Positions 42,044 through 44,980 of a DNA stretch of 44,980 nucleotides are shown piece by piece (position 1 is the stretch's first letter; each line of letters starts with the position of its first letter). Location of the stretch: NCBI GenBank assembly GCA_018899555.1, contig JAHIHZ010000023.1:1-44980 (forward strand). Reading direction: 5' to 3'. The DNA comes from Patescibacteria group bacterium. Its GTDB lineage: Bacteria > Patescibacteriota > Minisyncoccia > Phycocordibacterales > 21-14-all-36-13. The translations under genes and the position numbers were made by a program. The notes below the pieces were generated by a model that had not been told where the DNA came from, did no database searches, and saw nothing but the letters and a program-made list of their open reading frames with translations.

Positions 42044-42672
42044 TTATGTTTTATAATATATTGGACAAAAAAAGGGCTGATATACTTCCTTTTTTTAAAC
42101 AATTTAAAGAAAAATTTTATTTAGCGGGCGGAACCGCGCTGGCTTTGCAAATTGGACACAGAGATAGTGTTGATTTTGATTTTTTTTCAAACGAAAAATT
42201 TAATACACAGAAATTATTTGAAGAAATGAGAGATGTTTTTTTAGGACACAAAGTGTTCAAGATCCAAGAGGAAAGAAATACACTTTCTATTTTGGTTGAT
42301 GAAAATATAAAGATAAGTTTTTTCTATTATCCATACCAACTCATTGATAATCTAATAGAAGAAGAAAATTTTAAATTGGCTTCTCTGGTGGATATTGGAT
42401 GCATGAAGCTCTCGGCTATAACAGGAAGGGCAAGTATAAAAGATTATATTGATTTATATTATATACTTCAAGATATTAAATTGGAGGGCTTAATAGAAAA
42501 ATGTTTGGGGAAGTTTCCAAACATAGATAAAAATTTAATTCTCAAGAGCTTGGTATACTTTGAAGATGTAATAGATGAAAAAATAATTTTCAAAAACGAT
42601 AATTATATAGAACAAAAAGATATTGAGATTTTTTTGAAAAAAAAGATAAAAAATATTCTAATTAATAAATAA
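42040..42672 (+). CDS. Nucleotidyltransferase AbiEii/AbiGii toxin family (DUF1814-like) protein
   Basis: FYLAGGTALALQIGHRDSVDFDFF matches the GGTAL.L..G.HR.S.D.DF signature. The product is 210 aa. Confidence 0.7.
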   Translation: MIMFYNILDKKRADILPFFKQFKEKFYLAGGTALALQIGHRDSVDFDFFSNEKFNTQKLFEEMRDVFLGHKVFKIQEERNTLSILVDENIKISFFYYPYQLIDNLIEEENFKLASLVDIGCMKLSAITGRASIKDYIDLYYILQDIKLEGLIEKCLGKFPNIDKNLILKSLVYFEDVIDEKIIFKNDNYIEQKDIEIFLKKKIKNILINK

Positions 42673-42684
42673 AAAACACCGCAA

Positions 42685-42963
42685 TCATGGGACTGCGGTG
42701 GTTTTTTTCTCTTTGTCCGGAAAACAAAAAGAATAAAAAGTTATAACGAACATACTTAAGAAATATAGGGCAATCAGGGAAGAAATAATGAAAATCCAGA
42801 GCGAAAAATTACTTTCCAAAAAACCAGTGGCAACTGAGCCCCCGATTATTAATATCCCCCCCGGCTTCCCTATTTCTTCAAATGTTGTGAAACTTATATT
42901 TGCGAATATAAGCCCTACAAACAACAAGAACAACGAAAAAAGAACCAAAAATATCTTTTTCAT
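42685..42963 (-). CDS. Small hypothetical membrane protein (92 aa)
   Basis: An AGGAG RBS is present, and three hydrophobic helices are predicted by eye. Confidence 0.55.
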   Translation of the reverse strand: MKKIFLVLFSLFLLFVGLIFANISFTTFEEIGKPGGILIIGGSVATGFLESNFSLWIFIISSLIALYFLSMFVITFYSFCFPDKEKKTTAVP

Positions 42964-43173
42964 TTGAATTACTCCTTTTTTTTATTTATTTAAACAACTT
43001 TTCAATTATAATAGTACCACAAAACTAATTTAAAGTAAACAAAAAATTAAACCACTTTCTAATTTCCTCCCGAGGCGGATAGGCGCGCAAAATGGATTCA
43101 AATGCTCATTCAGAGCATTTGAATTTAGTGATTTGGTGATTTTACTTGTTCCGTAGTGAGCTTTGCTCTACTA

Positions 43174-43863
43174 CTAGGATGTCTCTTTATATAGTTCTTT
43201 TATCTCATCCATTATCTTATTCGCGCCGAATTTATAATCATTTATTGTGATTTCTTTTTTATCTCCCAAAATTTTTTTTGGATATATTGGTTTACCTATA
43301 TTCAATACAACTTTTCTTTTTCGCGAAAAAAAACTTCCCCAAGATATTTTATAAGTACTATTTATTCCAATTGGCACTACAGGTAAATTAGTTTTATGCG
43401 CGAGAAACGCCACCCCTCCTTTTGCTTCCTGAAAGTTTCCATCTTTTGTTGTTCTTCCTTCTGGGAAAATAAATAAACTATGTTTATCATTCAAAATGTT
43501 TATGTGGTCTTTTAAAGATTCTTCATAATTATGTATCCCTATTCCAACTGCGTACGAACCCCACGCCTTAAAAAACAAACCTAATGAAAAAAATATCTGC
43601 ATCCACTTTCTTTCATAAAAAGTATTTTCGCGAGATGTATAAAACATCGGTATAAATTTTGACAAAAAAGGTAAACTTGCAGGCAAAAGTATTGGGTCAA
43701 GAGCGTTTGCGTGATTTGATGCAAAAATAACTCCCCTTTCCAGTCCTTTTAAGTTTCCAGTTCCGCGAACTTTAAGACCAATAAAAAAAATTAAAATTAA
43801 TCTGACAGGTATCCAAAATAATGTTTGTAAAAGTAATGGAGGTATAAAATAAAGCTTTTTCAT
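43174..43863 (-). CDS. plsC: 1-acyl-sn-glycerol-3-phosphate acyltransferase (LPLAT family)
   Basis: SNHANALDP is the HX4D motif, and FPEGRTTKDG is present. Confidence 0.88.
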   Translation of the reverse strand: MKKLYFIPPLLLQTLFWIPVRLILIFFIGLKVRGTGNLKGLERGVIFASNHANALDPILLPASLPFLSKFIPMFYTSRENTFYERKWMQIFFSLGLFFKAWGSYAVGIGIHNYEESLKDHINILNDKHSLFIFPEGRTTKDGNFQEAKGGVAFLAHKTNLPVVPIGINSTYKISWGSFFSRKRKVVLNIGKPIYPKKILGDKKEITINDYKFGANKIMDEIKELYKETS

Positions 43864-43940
43864 ATAATTTCCCTAATTATACCACTAATTTCTCAAAAAT
43901 TATCCAGTTGTCCAATCGTCCAACCATGCAACCATTTAAT

Positions 43941-44205
43941 TTTACCCCGCCCGCCTACCGCAAACAGGTAGCCCAGCCCCGGGCTGGTGATACTGGGGTG
44001 AATAAGAGAATGGAAAACCGGACATTTTCCTATACAACCATTCAATTGAATAAGAGAATGGAAAACCGGACATTTTCCTATACAACCATTCAATTGAATA
44101 AGAGAATGGAATTTTGTAAAAGACTATCCTCCTATTCGCTACAATTAGAGAATGGATAAAAAAAAACAAAACTATCCCCTTATTCGCTACAATTAGAGAA
44201 TAGAA
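43941..44205. repeat. Composite repeat module 1: 56-nt GC-rich three-stem element (43944-43999) plus a 48-bp-period tandem array (2.3 A-type and 2 B-type units)
   Basis: The GC-rich element is ACCCC..CTACC gcaaaca GGTAG..CCAGCC ccg GGCTGG..GGGGT. The A-unit gaataagagaatggaaaaccggacattttcctatacaaccattcaatt starts at 44000 and 44048, with 44096 partial. The B-unit actatcc.c.tattcgctacaattagagaat.ga starts at 44123 and 44171. Confidence 0.9.
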
Positions 44206-44299
44206 AATTAGTTGTTTTGAAATTGTTTTGAGAATGAGTTTTTGGTAAAAAATTTAATCACTCGGGAGTTTCGCTTTCAAAAAGATTTAAAAAACGCCC

Positions 44300-44629
44300 T
44301 TATTCAAGGGCGCTCCAAATTTTGGTTTTGATGGTCTTGGCGTCATCTCCTGTTTTGACGACAATTGCCGGAACATTGGGAAATTTTTTCCAATGGTTCA
44401 GAACGCTGGTCTGAGAACTTTTTACCTGTAAGGGTATCTTTTCACCACTTATTTTGATGACGAAAAAATCAATCCCCTGAAATTTGTCTGCATGGCGACC
44501 AGTTTTGTAAAAACTTACAATTTCACCATCTCTTGCCATTTCATCAAGAGCTATACCAACCGCTACTTCGGCCCCTCGACCTCGCTGACGCTCAATTTTT
44601 TTAATGAGATTGACAACGGTTCTGCTCAT
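44300..44629 (-). CDS. 109-aa stand-alone Hjc/Mrr-like PD-(D/E)xK mini-nuclease (putative)
   Basis: The promoter is TTGAAA-17-TATAAT (44694-44666), with an AGGAGG RBS and a terminator cgccctt gaat aagggcg + T-run. RGRGAEVAVGIALDEMARDGEIVSF...QGIDFFVIKISGEKIPLQVKSS follows the G..E...L...G / D / (E/Q)VKS pattern of Holliday-junction-resolvase-like nucleases. The gene is GC-richer than its surroundings. Confidence 0.5.
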   Translation of the reverse strand: MSRTVVNLIKKIERQRGRGAEVAVGIALDEMARDGEIVSFYKTGRHADKFQGIDFFVIKISGEKIPLQVKSSQTSVLNHWKKFPNVPAIVVKTGDDAKTIKTKIWSALE

Positions 44630-44791
44630 CTATATCACCTCCTTTAATTACTGTATCTATATTGCATTATACCCCACCCTTAATTATTTTTCAACATTAT
44701 CCAAATAAGGAATTTTTGTCTACTTGAGTTTTTGTGTAAGCTATACGGTATCGCTTTCAAAACGAACATTAATCTTAGTTTGTCCATCCTC

Positions 44792-44980
44792 TTTACCCCG
44801 CCCGCCTACCGCAAACAGGTAGCCCAGCCCCAGGCTGGTGATACTGGGGTGAATAAGAGAATGGAAAACCGGACATTTTCCTATACAACCATTCAATTGA
44901 ATAAGAGAATGGAAAACCGGACATTTTCCTATACAACCATTCAATTGAATAAGAGAATGGAAAACCGGACATTTTCCTAT
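44792..44980. repeat. Composite repeat module 2 (truncated by the window end): same GC-rich element plus at least 2.7 A-type 48-bp units
   Basis: It is identical to 43941-44110 at an offset of 851 bp, apart from one substitution (g to a at 44832) that falls in the 3-nt loop of the CCAGCC/GGCTGG hairpin. The third unit remains A-type here, whereas it diverges in module 1. Confidence 0.9.

Noticed and set aside
43893-44169. Track ORFs 43893..44093(-), 43908..44159(+), 43942..44169(-) and 44741..44944(-)
   Set aside because: These frames are open only because the 48-bp (16-codon) tandem unit lacks stops in several frames. The resulting proteins are repeat read-throughs (NGCIGKCPVFHSLIQL x n) with no RBS. 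I judge them spurious.
44000-44205. The 48-bp tandem arrays (also 44851-44980) as a CRISPR array
   Set aside because: Successive units are identical across their whole length, so there are no unique spacers. The 48-bp period is too short for a repeat plus a spacer. No cas genes lie nearby. I treat the arrays as tandem repeats.
1-44980. Alternative genetic code (UGA recoded, as in some CPR lineages)
   Set aside because: All conserved genes (dnaB, the aaRS genes, murG, mraY, ftsI and others) are full length with TGA used as a stop (for example 41777..42043 and the micro-ORFs). There are no in-frame TGA interruptions. The single in-frame TAA at 37412 is an isolated case.

Overview
This is an AT-rich bacterial chromosomal segment read with the standard genetic code: conserved genes come out full length with TGA as a stop. 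The gene content suggests a reduced Candidate Phyla Radiation / Patescibacteria (Parcubacteria-like) genome. The supporting signs are small proteins, a split dcw cluster, an AspRS lacking the GAD domain, and long repeat-filled spacers. This assignment is inference only.

Housekeeping content:
- Two separated halves of the division/cell-wall cluster: mraZ-rsmH-ftsL-ftsI on the + strand at 3.2-6.9 kb, and mraY-ftsW-murG on the - strand at 24.6-28.4 kb.
- Five aminoacyl-tRNA synthetases: cysS, gltX, and an aspS-trpS-glyQS run.
- Replication, repair and segregation genes: dnaB, recR, scpA, scpB.
- Ribosomal proteins L21, L9 and L27.
- corA, ctpA, plsC, a DacA-like carboxypeptidase, an M23 peptidase, and one tRNA-Glu(CUC).
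- The left end (1-2.9 kb) carries two visibly GC-richer surface-protein genes. One ends in a T9SS-type C-terminal sorting domain.

The right third (36-45 kb) is accessory:
- Small hypothetical ORFs.
- A methyltransferase plus orphan histidine kinase operon.
- A stand-alone 22-codon proline-rich micro-gene next to an HExxH protease.
- An AbiEii-type toxin pair.
- At the window edge, a 109-aa Hjc/PD-(D/E)xK-like mini-nuclease bracketed by two copies of a composite repeat module (a GC-rich three-stem element plus a 48-bp tandem array).

I found no rRNA gene and no CRISPR array.

The items most worth following up:
1. The duplicated structured-element/tandem-array modules around the mini-nuclease.
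2. A about 334-bp GIY-YIG element inserted after nt 11 of tRNA-Glu. It carries its own replacement copy of the tRNA 5' end.
3. The proline-rich micro-gene with its own promoter and terminator, inside a unit bounded by duplicated promoter repeats.
4. An ORF-less promoter-to-terminator unit at 28.5 kb, a candidate sRNA.
5. Several dispersed families of intergenic palindromes, including about 100-bp inverted repeats bracketing ftsW.

All coordinates and motifs were read by eye. Nothing was searched against databases.
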